64,000 nucleotides of DNA from Azolla caroliniana. Taxonomy: Eukaryota > Plantae > Polypodiophyta. Positions 12,151-25,793 of this stretch are shown here, in pieces. The position numbers were made by a program, and so were the translations under genes. The notes under the pieces are model-generated. The model searched no databases and was not told where the DNA came from. It was given only the letters and a program-made list of their open reading frames with translations. How positions within the stretch are numbered: the first letter of the stretch is position 1; every line of letters begins with the position of its first letter. The stretch spans positions 4,402,001 to 4,466,000 of the forward strand of contig JBHGNT010000012.1 of the NCBI GenBank assembly GCA_043228905.1. Reading direction: 5' to 3'.

Positions 12151-13292
12151 CGGTCCACGAACGCCTTTCGCCGTCACTGCTCGTGTTCAAGGATGGCCAT
12201 GCTATGGACCCTAGCTTCGCCTAATTCGAGTAAGAGGATTTGTTTGGACTGACCCTTCGACAGTTGCTCTCGGATTTGTATGCGTACGCTGGGTATCTGA
12301 AATTCAATAGGCATGACGGCTTCCATCCCGAACGCTAGTCGGAAAGGCGTTGATTGTATGTTGGTTTTATAGCTCATACGATAAGCCCATAAGGCGCTAT
12401 CCAGCTTCGTGTCCCAGTCCGTTCGGTTATCATTGTCGATCTTTTTGAGGATGTTCTACAACGTTTTGTTCGTTGATTCCACTAAACCATTCGCCTGGGG
12501 ATAATATGGTTTACTTTTCTTGTGTACTACGACGTAATGTTTCGTGAGATCGTGAATAACCGTATTCAAGAAATGGCTGCCTTGATCGCTGATGAGCTCT
12601 ATCGGGCAGCCAAAATGGCACCAAATCTGTTCATATAAGAATTTCACCATAGACACCGCGGTGTTATCTCGCAAGGCTTTTGCCTCCACCCATTTTGTGT
12701 AATAATATGTAGCGACTAGGATATATTTGTTTCCTGTACGAGTCGCTGCCGGGGTAAAGGGGCTGACAAAATCGAGGCCCCATTTTTGGAAAGGATTAAG
12801 CGGGAGTCAGCAACCAACGACTTGCTTGCCATATTTATGGGCCGTAACATCCCCCGCGTAATGGCCGCCTGCCGTATCACAGTGCCCTCCCGTAAAATCG
12901 CGTTCTTCTCCTCCTACCGTATACCTTGCCTCCAGATGCCATAGCTCCCTTTGTAATATAACACCCCTTCCACTAAACAAAAATTTCAGCTCCGTACCGC
13001 GAGCCTTTTCTTTTCTTCTGTCCTTCGTTGTGGTGGTGGCAGTCCCATGGTTACAAAGTAGGTCATTTCCATCAACCATCGGTCTGGAAAACTCTTCTCT
13101 TCCTTTGTCCCTGTGGTCGCCACATGTAGGATATCGATGTCGGGAAAATCGTTGTGTCGCATTATTTCTTCATCGCCATTATCCATCCTGCTTAAATAAT
13201 CTACTACGGCGTGGTGTGGTCCAGGTCTGTTGAATTGTGAATTCGAACTCCTATAGTAGTTGCATCCATCTGGCTAGTTGCCCGGTTAACGA
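12150..13292 (-). pseudogene. Ty3/gypsy (non-chromovirus) RNase H end + integrase fragment; probably the 3' part of gypsy A
   Basis: LARWMQLL, GGHYAG, LISDQGSHF, YYPQANGLVE motifs with frameshifts. Confidence 0.8.
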
Positions 13293-13989
13293 TTGAGAAG
13301 AAGAAGCAGAAAAAGTAGAAGAAGAAGAAGAAGAAGAAGAATCAGAAAAAGTAGTAGAAGAAGAAGAAGCACGAGAAGAAGAAGAAGAAGAAGAAAATAA
13401 AAGCAAGTTAGTGAATATGTTTCTTTCTTTTATTTTTGATGATTAAGTATACCTCCCATTTTGTTGTATTCGAATGTCAAGTTCTAATATTGTTTTGTTT
13501 TAATGGCTTCTAATATCTGAAGAAGATTCTTCTCGTGGTACACGTTGTATGATAATACCAAATGACAAGGGAGATTTAATTTTTAGTTGATCTAGTTTAT
13601 GTATGCTTGTGTCCAACAATCTATCTATTCTACAGTAATGCATCTATACAAGTAACAAATTGGTAGACAATTGTAACTGACGTGGTGCAATAAAACTCTC
13701 CTCTTTGTAAGTGCTGAGATAAAATATAGGAACCAGGTGTTGAAACTCAAACATGTATGTATATATGTAGACAGTGTGTTCAAAACCTTTCACAATTTGT
13801 AGCATTAGCTAATCCTTTGGTTATTGATTTTAGTGGTTGTATCCCATTTGAATTCATTTCAGGAATTGATAATTCGAATTTACTTTCCACGTTACTATAA
13901 ATGACATTGGTTTCCAGAAAATTTGAAGATCTCAATTTTGTGTCATGGGAAAAGTGCTTGGTCCTTTTTTAATGATGTCATGGAATGCC

Positions 13990-14265
13990 CATACTCTGCA
14001 TATCTGAAAACATTCTAATGCTTCTTTGACAGGCCCATGTTCCACATAGCCAGTGATAAGAGCAGTCCATGAAACCACCTCTTTAACTTCCAATTGATCG
14101 AAGACTGCTCGTGCCTCAACTTGCATTTTATCGAAAGAATCTAATGCTTTCAGTACAACTTCAAGATTCACATTTGACATACATATCTAGCAAAGCACTA
14201 TGAATAAATAGATCTTCATCGAACCCTTTCTGTACAACTTCAAGATGGATTTCTTGACCAAATTC
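13990..14265 (-). pseudogene. PLS-class pentatricopeptide repeat gene fragment
   Basis: GQEIHLEVVQKGFDEDLFIHSALLDMYVKC..EARAVFDQL..VVSWTALITGYVEHG..EALECF, frameshifted. Confidence 0.8.
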
Positions 14266-14503
14266 TACTTCCCTTTTGGCTTCCAAACTTGTTGAATTTT
14301 TTTCTTTTATGCATGTTGTTATTACATTAAGCATTAAGGCTCTTTAGTTAAGTTATGGTAATTTTTGCTTCCTTTTTAGCTTCCAAAAGAGTTGAATTTT
14401 CTGTTTTTATGCATGTCACATGCATTGAATTTCCTCTTTTTGTGTATTATTTTCCATTTTCAGTATCTCAATTTTATTGATTTGTAGAACATAAAGAAGG
14501 AAA

Positions 14504-16331
14504 ATGTTGCCCATTAAGAACAAATATTGGGATACATGTTGCCTCAATGTCGCAAGAAGTCAAACAGGAAATAGGAGTTGGAATTGTAAATTTTGCAACA
14601 AACATATGTGTGGGTCAGCAACACGAATGATTGCTCATTTAATTGGAAAACCTAGTCATGAAGTAACGAAATGTACCAATGTCCCCAAGGAAATTTTGAT
14701 TGACCTTACAACTTTGTATGGTAATTGTGGAAGCCAAGCAATTGGCAAAGAAGGAGATATAGTAGCAGAGATCGACTCAATTCAACATGCCTGAATAAGG
14801 TATAGACACAAGCCTACAATAGGTGTCTTGATTACTAATGTTTAAATAATTGTAAATGATTTATCTTGAATTTTTTTCTGTTTTAGGTGTTTCTACCTCA
14901 TGCTCATCTATCTTTGTTGGTGAAAGTCAAAGCATGTCATGTATGGGTGGTGCTAGTCGCCAACCATTTCCACCAGTAATTATAGTGAAACAACAACCAT
15001 TGCGTAAAGGACATGTGTTACAAATGCAAAGGAAACAACATGCAAACGTTATGGAGGTGAGATGTATCATTGAAGCAAATTTGTCATTTAATCTATTAAA
15101 AACACCATGTTGGCGGAACATGTTGAAGCTTTCTCTACAATTGGAGAGAAACATAATGGAGTCACATATAATTACATGAGGACGAAAGGCTTGAAAACTG
15201 AGGTTATATCCTTGCAAGAAAAGTTAGAAAGGGTAAAAGGATTATGGCAAAGTATGGTTGTTCTATATTAACAGATGGATGGGTTGATGTTTCTCATAGG
15301 CAACTTGTAAATGTCCTCGTAACATCTTGTTATGGGACAATGTTCCTCAAGTCCATTGATTGTAGCCATGCTAATACAACACCAACAATTGATAGCTCTT
15401 GGTTAGCTGAAAGAATTTTAGAGGCAATTAGAGAGGTTGGTAAGGAAAATGTGGTCCAAGTCATTTCAGACAATGCATCTAGTTGTGTCTACATGGGGTC
15501 TTTGCTAGAATAAGAGTTCCCTAATATTGTTTGGACTCCATCTGCAACCCATTCTTTGGATCTGCTTTTGGAGGACATTAGTCAGTTGCCTTGGATGAAA
15601 AGTATTATGTTGAAAGCAAATAATATTGTATATTTTTTTTCAAGAAGAGGAATGCTAGGGAATTTTTTTCTGCTCACAGTAACCTCGCCATCTTGAGACC
15701 TTCCAAGACAAGGTTTGGTGTGATGTACCTTGTCATATAACGTTTGCTCAAAGTTTGACATCCTCTTGAGCAAACAGTGGTGAGTGACATGTGGAGGTCT
15801 TGGTCAAATTGCAATAAGCCAGATGCCATGAATGTAAAGAACTACATCCTTGACCCTACAACTGAGTCCTCGTTTCAATTTGTTTTGACCCTAATGGCAC
15901 CATTGTATAGTGTTTTACGACTTACTGATAGGGCGGGATCCACTATTGGTTTGTTATATGAGTTTATGCGAAGAAAGAAAGAACACGTTCGCATTCACAA
16001 GTGGAAGGATTGCGCATTCCACTTGTAGAATCTTCTTGAAACGAAGCAAATACACCCTCTCTACAAAGATTGGATGCACTAGTCATATAACGTTTGCTCA
16101 AAGTTTGGCATCCTCTTGAGCAAACAGTGGTGAGTGACATGTGGAGGTCTTGGTTAGATTGCAATAAGCCAGATGCCATGAATGTAAAGAACTACATCCT
16201 TGACCCTACAATTGAGTCCTCGTTTCAAGTTGTTTTGACCCTAATGGCACCATTGTATAGTGTTTTACGACTTACTGATAGGGAGGGATCCACTATTGGT
16301 TTGTTATATGAGTTTATGCAAAGAAGCAAAG
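14504..16331 (+). pseudogene. hAT transposase, 5' part (BED zinc finger + DUF659-type catalytic region)
   Basis: WNCKFC..RMIAHL..KC; CSILTDGW..FLKSID..VVQVISDNASSC; stops and frameshifts. Confidence 0.88.
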
Positions 16332-16431
16332 AACACGTTCGCGTTCACAAGTGGAAGGATTGCGCATTCCACTTGTAGAATCTTCTTGAAACGAAGCAAA
16401 TACACCCTCTCTACAAAGATTGGATGCACTA
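15732..16431. repeat. 350-bp tandem duplication spanning the hAT/Sola-like junction
   Basis: 15732-16081 is repeated at 16082-16431; each copy contains the left TIR (15982 and 16332). Confidence 0.92.
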
Positions 16432-19400
16432 GTATCACATGTTCCACAACTTGATTAGAATTTGCAAATATAAAAATACATGATAGGTCTACGAGTGGAG
16501 ATCATTAGAAATCATGCAAGTTTGGACGTGTTGATAAGTTAATGTAGGCATAATAAAGTTCAACAATGGCTCAATATGTCACTAATGTGCGACAAAGGAA
16601 ACACTAAGTTAAAGACTTATATTAATTTGGTAAGTTTTACAAAAATATGAGGTGTACTTGTATCCATACTAATAAAATGAGTTATAATTTATACTTTGAC
16701 CCATACGTGCATGTATATAATTGTGGACAATGTAGGATAGTGCACTTTAGGATAATGTGATTGGAATAACTAACTTATTAAAGTATTCAATACTTGTATT
16801 TAAAGTTGATCTAATTTATTCCTCAGTTTGTTCGTATGGGATCAAACCATATATATATAATTGTGGACAATGTAAGGAAGTGAACTTTAGGATAATGTGG
16901 TGGAAATAACAAACCTATTAAGGCTTTCATACCTGTATTTAAAATTGATCTACTCTATTGCTTAGGTGATTCACACAGGATCAAACTCCGAACGATAACA
17001 CAAGTGGAACTACAAGCGTATAAAAACATGCGGATAACGCTAGTGGAACCATTATCAACACACTACACAATCTAAGCAACAATGGAATAGAAACATAATA
17101 GTTTTAACAATAGAAGACAAAGATCCATAATAACAACATGGACAGTCATGCCAACAATTGTACGACCATGTTATGTTAAGGGTAGCTTGGACCAAAATCA
17201 GCCTCAATTTAAACTAATTCATGTTTCTCCATAAATTTGGTAGTCAGCTATGCACACGGTGAAACCAATGTCATAAGTCTACTAACCAAGTATATAAAAA
17301 TAAAATTGAAACATATAGAAGATTATAAAGAATAGAATCCACCAAGTAAAACCCAAAATTTGTATTAATAATGTGAAATCCAAACAAATCGTCAGTGTCA
17401 TTTTCTTCATAGAGTCTATTACATAGCAATCAATTCATCAATGTCATTTTCTTCATCATCTTGTGTAGAACTCTCTTCAGCTATATGTGCATTGGCTTCC
17501 CCTGTTAGCCAAGCCAATGAAATATCTTCTATAAGCTCATCATCAAGCTCTATTAGCTCCCCAGGTTCGCCGACTAACAAAGGAATAGGCTCTCGCGAAG
17601 CAGGTTGAAACCTTTCTGTATTAGCAAGGTTCTTTGCACCGACCTCCTCATCCTGGTCTGGGCACTCCCAGAAAGCCTTACTCCTCATATTTATAAATAT
17701 AACTTGCTCCTCGTCCTTCTCCAATGCAATTGTATTTCTAAAGAGCTTCAATGCACATGCAAATGTCGTTCCTGTGAAGAAAGTAACAAGAAGAATTAGT
17801 TGTCAAACAAAAAAGATTCGGTATTGGTTATCTCAAGATCGTTACCCTAGTTCGAGGAATAACTATGCTAGAAAAGAGATCTAATATCCAATCTCCTTCG
17901 ATAGAAAACATCTCGATCAAGCGCATCATAAGTCACTGAGGTTTTTGATATGGGTTGACAAGTCCCTGTTCTATCGTGGTGACATGTTGCAATTTCCGTG
18001 TCACCGCTAGATATACCAGCAGATTTGAACCTCCCACTTCATTAGAATGCTCCTTGATTCTTTGTTTCTTAATTTCATTGAAGTAGCCAACCGTGATGTA
18101 TTCAATGGCATTAACGAACCGAAAAGTTGGCCCTCTATTTACATTGGTTTTTATCCTATAAAAAATAATACATCGAGTTAAGAATAGATTGAACAACCTT
18201 AAGAAATGCAATATAGTGAATGACACCTATAAATAATCCTTACCATGCAAGGTTCTCGATGCCATGGCAACGAGATCTCAAAGCTTGAGCTACCGAGTAC
18301 CCTTGGTCCATACTATGAAAGACAACTATTCGCCATAATGATGCAGTTGTTAGCTCAGCGAAATCCTTGACCATCTTCTCCAACTGTTTAAACCGAAACG
18401 GTTCATCATCGTATGATGACCCAGCCATTCGAAATCCATAAGGAATATCTGCAATCATTAGCGTATATTCCTTCTTTGGCACTTTTTGGATCAAGTCGAC
18501 GACATCGCCGCAAACCACATTGTAGTAAAGATCTCTTGTAATATCTTTTTTGTGGCTAAATTTTTTAAAGGAGCCATCTTCCTCCATTTCGTATGCCTTG
18601 ACTAAGCGACAATCCTTTTCTTTTCTGGCTCGTTCGAGATGTGCAAGGAAGGATGTAGGGAAATCGTGTATATCCTTAACTTCTCCTTGTTTCTTGCCAC
18701 GACACGGTTTCTAATAGAAGTAATAGGACATCAAGTATTATTATACAAGCTCTACATATGATGAAAGCGTAATGAAAAACCACCAATACTAACCCAATCC
18801 TTGAATGCAATAAAATACTCCGATAACACCTTATATGAAGACGTTAGAGGATAATCCTCGGTCACTTGTTCCCAAGTTATACATCCAAGTTGTTTCATCA
18901 TAACTTCTTGGATCTTCATGTACACCTTATGACTATAAAATTAGAAATCAAGATTACAACTTTGAATTACACCATATAGACTTCAATATCAGTATTTGAA
19001 AGACTTATTGAACTCAGTGACCATTTCTTCAAGGGTTAAATCTTTTGCCACAACCCTTGACAAAACAGACACAAGAAGTTGCTCGTCCTTAATACCTTGC
19101 ATCGCTCTCCACAGAAACAACTTCATGTCGTCAGCCGCTTCTTCAATTGTCAAGTCAATTTTCTTGGCCGCTTGTGACTTGAACTCTAGTTGAGGACCAA
19201 CCTTACATTTCTTTTGTTGTTGACCCTTTACCTCCTTATTCTCCCACATTGAGAAGATTTGATCGTGTAGGTCCCATACTTCTCCATCTCTAAAGGCCCG
19301 TTGAAACCAAGACTCATATTTTCGAAGACCATCGGACTTAACATTATCATCTACCACAATACCGACTTCATGCAGACATTGACGTCGTAGACCTGGATGT

Positions 19401-20199
19401 ACCTTCACAACAAACTTTTGTTTCACGTCCAAATACTCGTGGTGGAAGAACCTTATACGCTCAATCGACGACATTTTTTGCCTATAGTCATTATCATTAT
19501 TATGGTCCCATGCCAACAACTTTGCCTCTTCAGTTGTGAGCCCCACGTAAATTTTGCACTCGGCATACTTGAAGAAGAAAGTCGTTGGATGTTCTCTCAC
19601 AAGTTGTCGACGTGCCTCCGCTAAATGCGATCCACGAATGACAAAGTAATTATATTGATCATGCTTTCTAATATCAAAATCTTCAATGGTTTCACATTCT
19701 TCAGGATCTACCATAACAATAAAAGGCACCATAGTGGCATGAGGATTAATTTTCATTTTTTTCTTGAGATTTTGAACATGCATGCGGTGTGGCTCTCTAA
19801 TCTCAAGTGGTCTTCGACCTGTTTTTTCATCAATAGGGGGCCTATGGATGTGTGTTATAGGCAAATTAAACACTTGCCCTTTCCTGACCAATTTACGCTG
19901 CCTTAACTCTCTCCTTATCTTATTCTACTCGGATGACAACACACTCGATGCCAGCTTAGCTCCTGGCGTCCCCTTAGTGTCCTCCTCTTCGTTTTCACTT
20001 GATGAATCGGAGTCCGGCATTTTGGTGGTCTTCTTCTTTGGTGGTCTTGATTGTACTTTAGATACCCTTTTTGTGGCCTTCACTAGGGAGGGCACTGTAT
20101 ATAAGGCCTCAAGGTAACAATAAGGTTTTGTGAGCTTTCAAGATCTTTTTTGAACGCTTCTGGCCCACAAGATTCCTTTACTAGAAGATCTTCTGAAAG

Positions 20200-23100
20200 T
20201 GTCAGGAATAGTACTAAAGCAGAGATGGAATTAGTACTAAGAAGAGTAGTACTATTAGTACTAAGAGGACGGGACTGCGTAAGATTCCCGAGAGAGAGGA
20301 AGTGAGAAGAGGAGAGAGAGAGATAGGATGATGACAGCAGCTCTTATATTATATGAAAGATAAGTACAAATCGGCTAAGAGGCTTAAGACTGGTGTTGAA
20401 CCAATTTGGTTCAAAATAATGCCTTGTGCCTCCTTTTATAGTGTTTTTAGGAATAATCCTGAAGCTTCTAGAATGTTCCAGAGAGATCTGGAATATACAT
20501 CAATTTTCTATGATAAAGCATAAATGAAAATAATATCCTACAATTTACAATTCATAGTCTAATGGTAAGAGCTCGACCCATGTAGCATAAGGTCATGGGT
20601 TTGAGTCTTGCCATATCATGACACTATCTCCCCCTTAAAGACGACGAGTGGAACGAGTCGACGCTAATTACGGACTGGGTTTGTCCGGATACTTTCGGTG
20701 GAAATCAGCAAGAAGATCCTGTGCATTGGCAACATGCTCGACGGGTTCCCAAGTACGTTCGCTCGGACTATAACCGAGCCAATCGACCAAGTAATAAATT
20801 TTGTTGCGAACAAGTTTGGAATCGAGGATGGCAGCAACTTCATACTCCGGGTCGGCGTCCAACTCCAGCGGGGGCGGCGGTGGTGTCACACAATCAGGAA
20901 TGGTGTTTGCTTTATAAGGTTCAAGAAGAGAACAATGGAAAACTGGATGTATCTGAAGTTGCGGAGGGAGATCCAGGCGGAAGGTGACATCATTAATCTT
21001 ACCCGTAATATGGAAGGGACCGAGTTGTCGATAATCCAACTTGTCGCACGGTCGAGTAGTCTTGATGTGACGACGTAAGAGCCATACTTGATCTCCGATG
21101 GCAAAAGAGGAGGGAATCCGATGACGATCCGCATAAGTCTTCTGTGTTGTTGAGCATGACGAAGGTGAGTAGAGAGATCCATCTGGATCTTGCGTAGCCT
21201 CTCCAAATGATCCTCGGCATGAGGGTTGGTAGGTAGCTCTAGGGTGTCGATCACCGACCAGCGAGGATGGAAACCGGTATAAGCGAAAAATGGGGAGACC
21301 CGAGTCGAGGAGTGAATAGCATTATTATACGCAAACTTCGCAAAGTGGAGAATCTCGGCCCAATCGTCCTGTTGATAACTCAGGAAACACCGGAGATATT
21401 GCTCTAGCGTTTGGTTTGTTCGTTTCGCCTGCCCGTTGGTCTGAGGATGGTAGCCGGAGGAGAGGTTGCAGGAGACCTTGAGCATCTTGAAGAGATGCTG
21501 CCAAAATTTGGAGACAAATTGTGGGCCTTGGTCACTGATAATACTGTCTGGGAGGCCATGATGCCGAAATTCCTCACGCATAACAAGAGCGCCGGTTTCC
21601 TCGCTAGTGATGGCTTTAGTACATGGCACAAAATGTGCCATCTTCGTATATCGATTGACGACGGTTAGGATAGCATCGAACCCCTTCGAGACCGGCAGAT
21701 CTGTGATAAAATCAAGACAAATAGACTGCCATGGCTTACTTGGAATCGGTAAGGGTTCCAACAAGCCATATGGATGGTGTTGTGGCATCTTTGCTCGGCA
21801 GCAAGCATCACAGGTCCGAACGTAGTCGTCGACAAAACGGCGCATGTGGGGCCATCAAAAAGATCGTTGCACTAGCTCCAACGTCTTAGTACTACCGAAA
21901 TGTCCCGCCGTATGGGTGTCGTGACAATGTTGGACGATTTGAAGGCGACAAGAGCAATCAGGGACATATACGCGCTTTTTAAAGAATAACAAACCATCAT
22001 GATATTCGAATTGTCGGTAGTCAATACCTAGTTGTTGAGACTAAGAACAGGATGCCCGAGAAGTATCAATGTGCGCCAGGATGTCTTGAGCAAAATTATT
22101 CGTCTTCAAGGTTGCACGTATGTCATCGGTAATCCGTGAATCCATCGAGGTGTGAAAAATCCGTGTTGTGTGCAATCGTGTTGGTCCCAAGATTACTTGC
22201 TTTTGATTATCAAATGTTGCGTCACTAGGACGAGGTGCAAGATATGAACGCCGTGACAGTGCATCTGCTTTTCCTTGCTGCTTCCCCGGTCGATATGTGA
22301 TTTTGAAGTCGAAACGAGTGAGGAATTGCGCCCACCGAGCTTGCCGTCGATTTAGTACGCGAGCGTTCTGAAAATAAGCAAGATTTTTATGATCGCTAAA
22401 GACAATGACCTGATGTGGAGAGCCCTCTAAGAAATGCCGCCATTGTACAAATGAATCCACGATGGCTAATAACTCCTTGTCATGAATTTCGTAGTTGATT
22501 TTTGCGACATCGAATTTGCGCAAATGGAAAGCCACCGGATGCAACTCTTCTTTATCGCCTTGTTGAGAAAGGATGCTACCGAGGGCGAAATCTGATGCGT
22601 CGGCCTCCATGATGAATAGTTTGCTTGTATCCACATGAGCTAGAATCGGTGCTGATGTAAAGGCTTTCTTAAGATGCCGAAAAGCCATATCTGCTTCTAT
22701 GGACCAAAGAAATGCTTGGCCCTTCTTCGTAAGTTGTGTGAGAGGTAAAATAATCTTCGAGTAATCCTGTATAAACTTACGGTAGAAGTTAGCAAAACCT
22801 AGAAAACATTGTACATCTCGTACCGACCGTGGAATTTGCCACTCTAGTACAGTTTGGATTTTAGCTAGATCCATGGAGATGCCCTTTGAGGAGATGACGT
22901 AGCCTAGAAATTCCACTTGCTTGCAGTCAAAGCTACATTTTTCTAGCTTGGCATAAAGACCATTCTCGCGGAGTCGCTTTAGTACTAATAGTACATGAGA
23001 ATCGTGCTCGTCCTGGGTCTTCGAATAAATCAATAGATCATCCAGATAAATGATCAAACAGATATCCAAGAGGTCTCTGAATATATCATTTGCCATGTGT

Positions 23101-25793
23101 TGGAAGACTGCGGGTGCATTTGTTAGGCCAAACGGCATAACAGTATACTCGAAATGCCCATACCGCGTGCGAAAGGCGGTCTTCCACTCATCTCCCGGTC
23201 GGATCCGCACGAGGTTATACGCTCCTCATAGGTCGATTTTAGTAAAAAACTTGGCACCATTAACTCGCCCTAAAAGACTTGATATAAGAGGAAGTGCATA
23301 CCTATTCCGGATGGTGACTTTATTCAATCCGCGGTAATCAACAACAAGACGAAGTGAGCCATCTTTCTTCTTGACAAAGAAGATGGGTGCACCGGCCGGA
23401 GATTTCGAATGGCAGATGAACCCGCTTGCCAAGTTCTCCTCTATGTAGGCTCGAAGGACTTCTAACTCGGTGGGTGACAAGTTGTAAATTGGTCCCCATG
23501 GTGGCTCGGTTCCTGGTTGTAAATCGATGGGACAGTCATAGGGACGGTGATGAGGAAGGGTACCGGCTTTTACCTTGTCAAATACATCGGCATAAGGATG
23601 ATATTTTGCTAGAAGTTGTATTGAGGAGTCCTTCTTAATAGTGTTGGAAGGATGTACTGATATTGCAAATAGGAACATTGCCTGCTTGGGTCCTTCTTCG
23701 CGTAGTTGATGGAGTGAAATGGTCGAAACTTGGTGAGTTGATTCTTGGGGTGGTCAATATCGGACTTCTCTTGTTCTCCAATCTATGGCTGGATTATGTA
23801 ATTCAAACCAAGGTAATCCTAGGACAATGGGATGCTCTGGACTACTAATTATATTAAATGATATTACACACACAAAACTACCTAGGACAACTTGAATGGG
23901 TTCTGATTCTTCTACAATATTCCCGGAAGCAATGGGACGACCATCAATGACTACTACAGATGCGGGACAAGGAAGTTTTCTTAAGGATATCTGAGAAGCT
24001 TGGGCAAAATTTCGATCCATGAAACAAGAATTACCTACGGAATCTAAAAGTGCTAGGACGGGTACTGGGGGAGTACTTTTAGTACTAACAATGACTTGGG
24101 CTAAGAACACATTGCTAACTTGCTTGGAAGGAATGGAACCACTAATGGGCTGTACAGATCTAGGACTAAGGATTTCAAATTTATTTGAGATACTTGGGCT
24201 ATTAGTACTATGAATACTATCAAACACTCTATTAGTACTATTAATACTATCAGACACTCCTAAGGGAAGAATTGACTCGGGTTTAGTACAGGCTACAATT
24301 TGATTTACCTGTCTTCTTGGCCTATGGGGACAATTGATTGCGATATGCCCTGGTCCACCGCAATAAAGACATAATCGATTTGCACGTCATCGTTGCTTTT
24401 CTTCTTCCGATAACAGGCCGCGTCGACACATGGTATCGATCTCCATCGGTGTCGAAGTATTTGCCTGAGGTATGTCTCGTGCAAACGGTCTAGCCGCGAC
24501 TGCGGCATAAGTGGGCTCCGGCCTAGCGCGTGTTATCTGTAATTGACGTTCCGAACGTCGTTCGAAGAGGCGGTTGTCACATCGGACCGCTCGACTGATT
24601 GCCTCCGTAAGAGACTTTGGTTCTTCGGGGAAGGTTAGAAGTAGATCTTTGACATCATTTCGCAGGCCATAACGAAACTGCTCCATTAGTGCTTGATCAT
24701 CCCAGGGTATGTCGGAAGCGAGTAGGCGGAAATCCGCCGCGTAGGCAGAGGCTGGACGATCGCCTTGACGCAATCGCCGGATCTTGTTGATCGTCGTCCT
24801 GATGTTGTCGGTGTCTCCAAAGCAGGCTTTGAACTCACTAATAAAATCTTCAAAGTTATTAAGCAAGGGCGATTGTTTTTCTAGAAGTGGAGCGAACCAT
24901 GCTAAGGCTGAGCCGCTAAGCAACGTGCCTATTAAGCCGACTCGGGATGCATCAGTGGGGTATCGGGAAGGATGCATTTGGAGGACTAATCGTACCTGAT
25001 TAAGGAAATCCCTGAATTGCGATCGCGTTCCATCAAATTTCACAGGAAGTCCAATCTTCAGCTCTTTATGAAATCCTTGGGGACTTGATCCTTGTTGTTG
25101 CAATGCCGCTTCGAGTTGTTGCACCCGTAACGCTAACTCCCCATGTTGTTGTTGCGTTTGTTGCTTTCCTAGAGCGATTTGTTGCAGATCCCCTATCAGC
25201 CGTTGGTTTTCTTGTTCCAGGGCAACAAACTTTTCTTTTAGGCACTATAACTCGGAGAAAACGGATTGATATTCTTGTGCACTAACAGTAGCCATAATAG
25301 AGGGAAAAGGGTAGGAGGATGAGGGAGAACGACAAGTAGGCTGGAGGAAAGAGGGAAATTGGTTCAAACTGTCAGGAATAGTACTAAAGCAGAGATGGAA
25401 TTAGTACTAAGAAGAGTAGTACTATTAGTACTAAGAGGACGGGACTGCGTAAGATTCCCGAGAGAGAGAAAGTGAGAAGAGGAGAGAGAGATATAGGATG
25501 ATGACATCAACTCTTATATTATATGAAAGATAAGTACAAATCGGCTAAGAGGCTTAAGATTGGTGTTGAACCAATTTGGTTCAAAATAATGCCTTGTGCC
25601 TCCTTTTATAGTGTTTTTAGGAATAATCCTGAAGCTTCTAGAATGTTCCCGAGAGATCTGGAATATACATTAATTTTCTATGATAAAGCATAAATGAAAA
25701 TAATATTCTACAAATTACAATTCATAGTCTAATGGTAAGAGCTCGACCCATGTAGCATAAGGTCATGGGTTCGAGTCTTACCATATCATGATA
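20200..25793 (-). mobile_element. Full-length decayed Ty3/gypsy chromovirus (Tcn1/Tf1-sushi-like)
   Basis: 424-bp LTRs at 20200-20623 and 25370-25793, TSD GAAAG, PPT at 20624-20637. Gag 24387-25124, PR (LLDS), RT (YLDD), RH, INT, chromodomain EYEVAAILDS..YYLVDWLGY..TWEP. Confidence 0.95.

Noticed and set aside
13296-13400. GAA-rich tract as a Glu-rich exon
   Set aside because: A simple repeat at a deletion junction with no supportable gene model.
17419-19891. Bacterial or phage contamination as the source of the ParB-MTase
   Set aside because: The gene has spliceosomal introns, is interrupted by a plant LTR element and lies within TIRs in a plant hAT.
20552-20615. Functional tRNA genes in LTRs and in the 40.4-41.2 kb insert
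   Set aside because: A/B boxes are present but I could not build a complete cloverleaf or acceptor stem.
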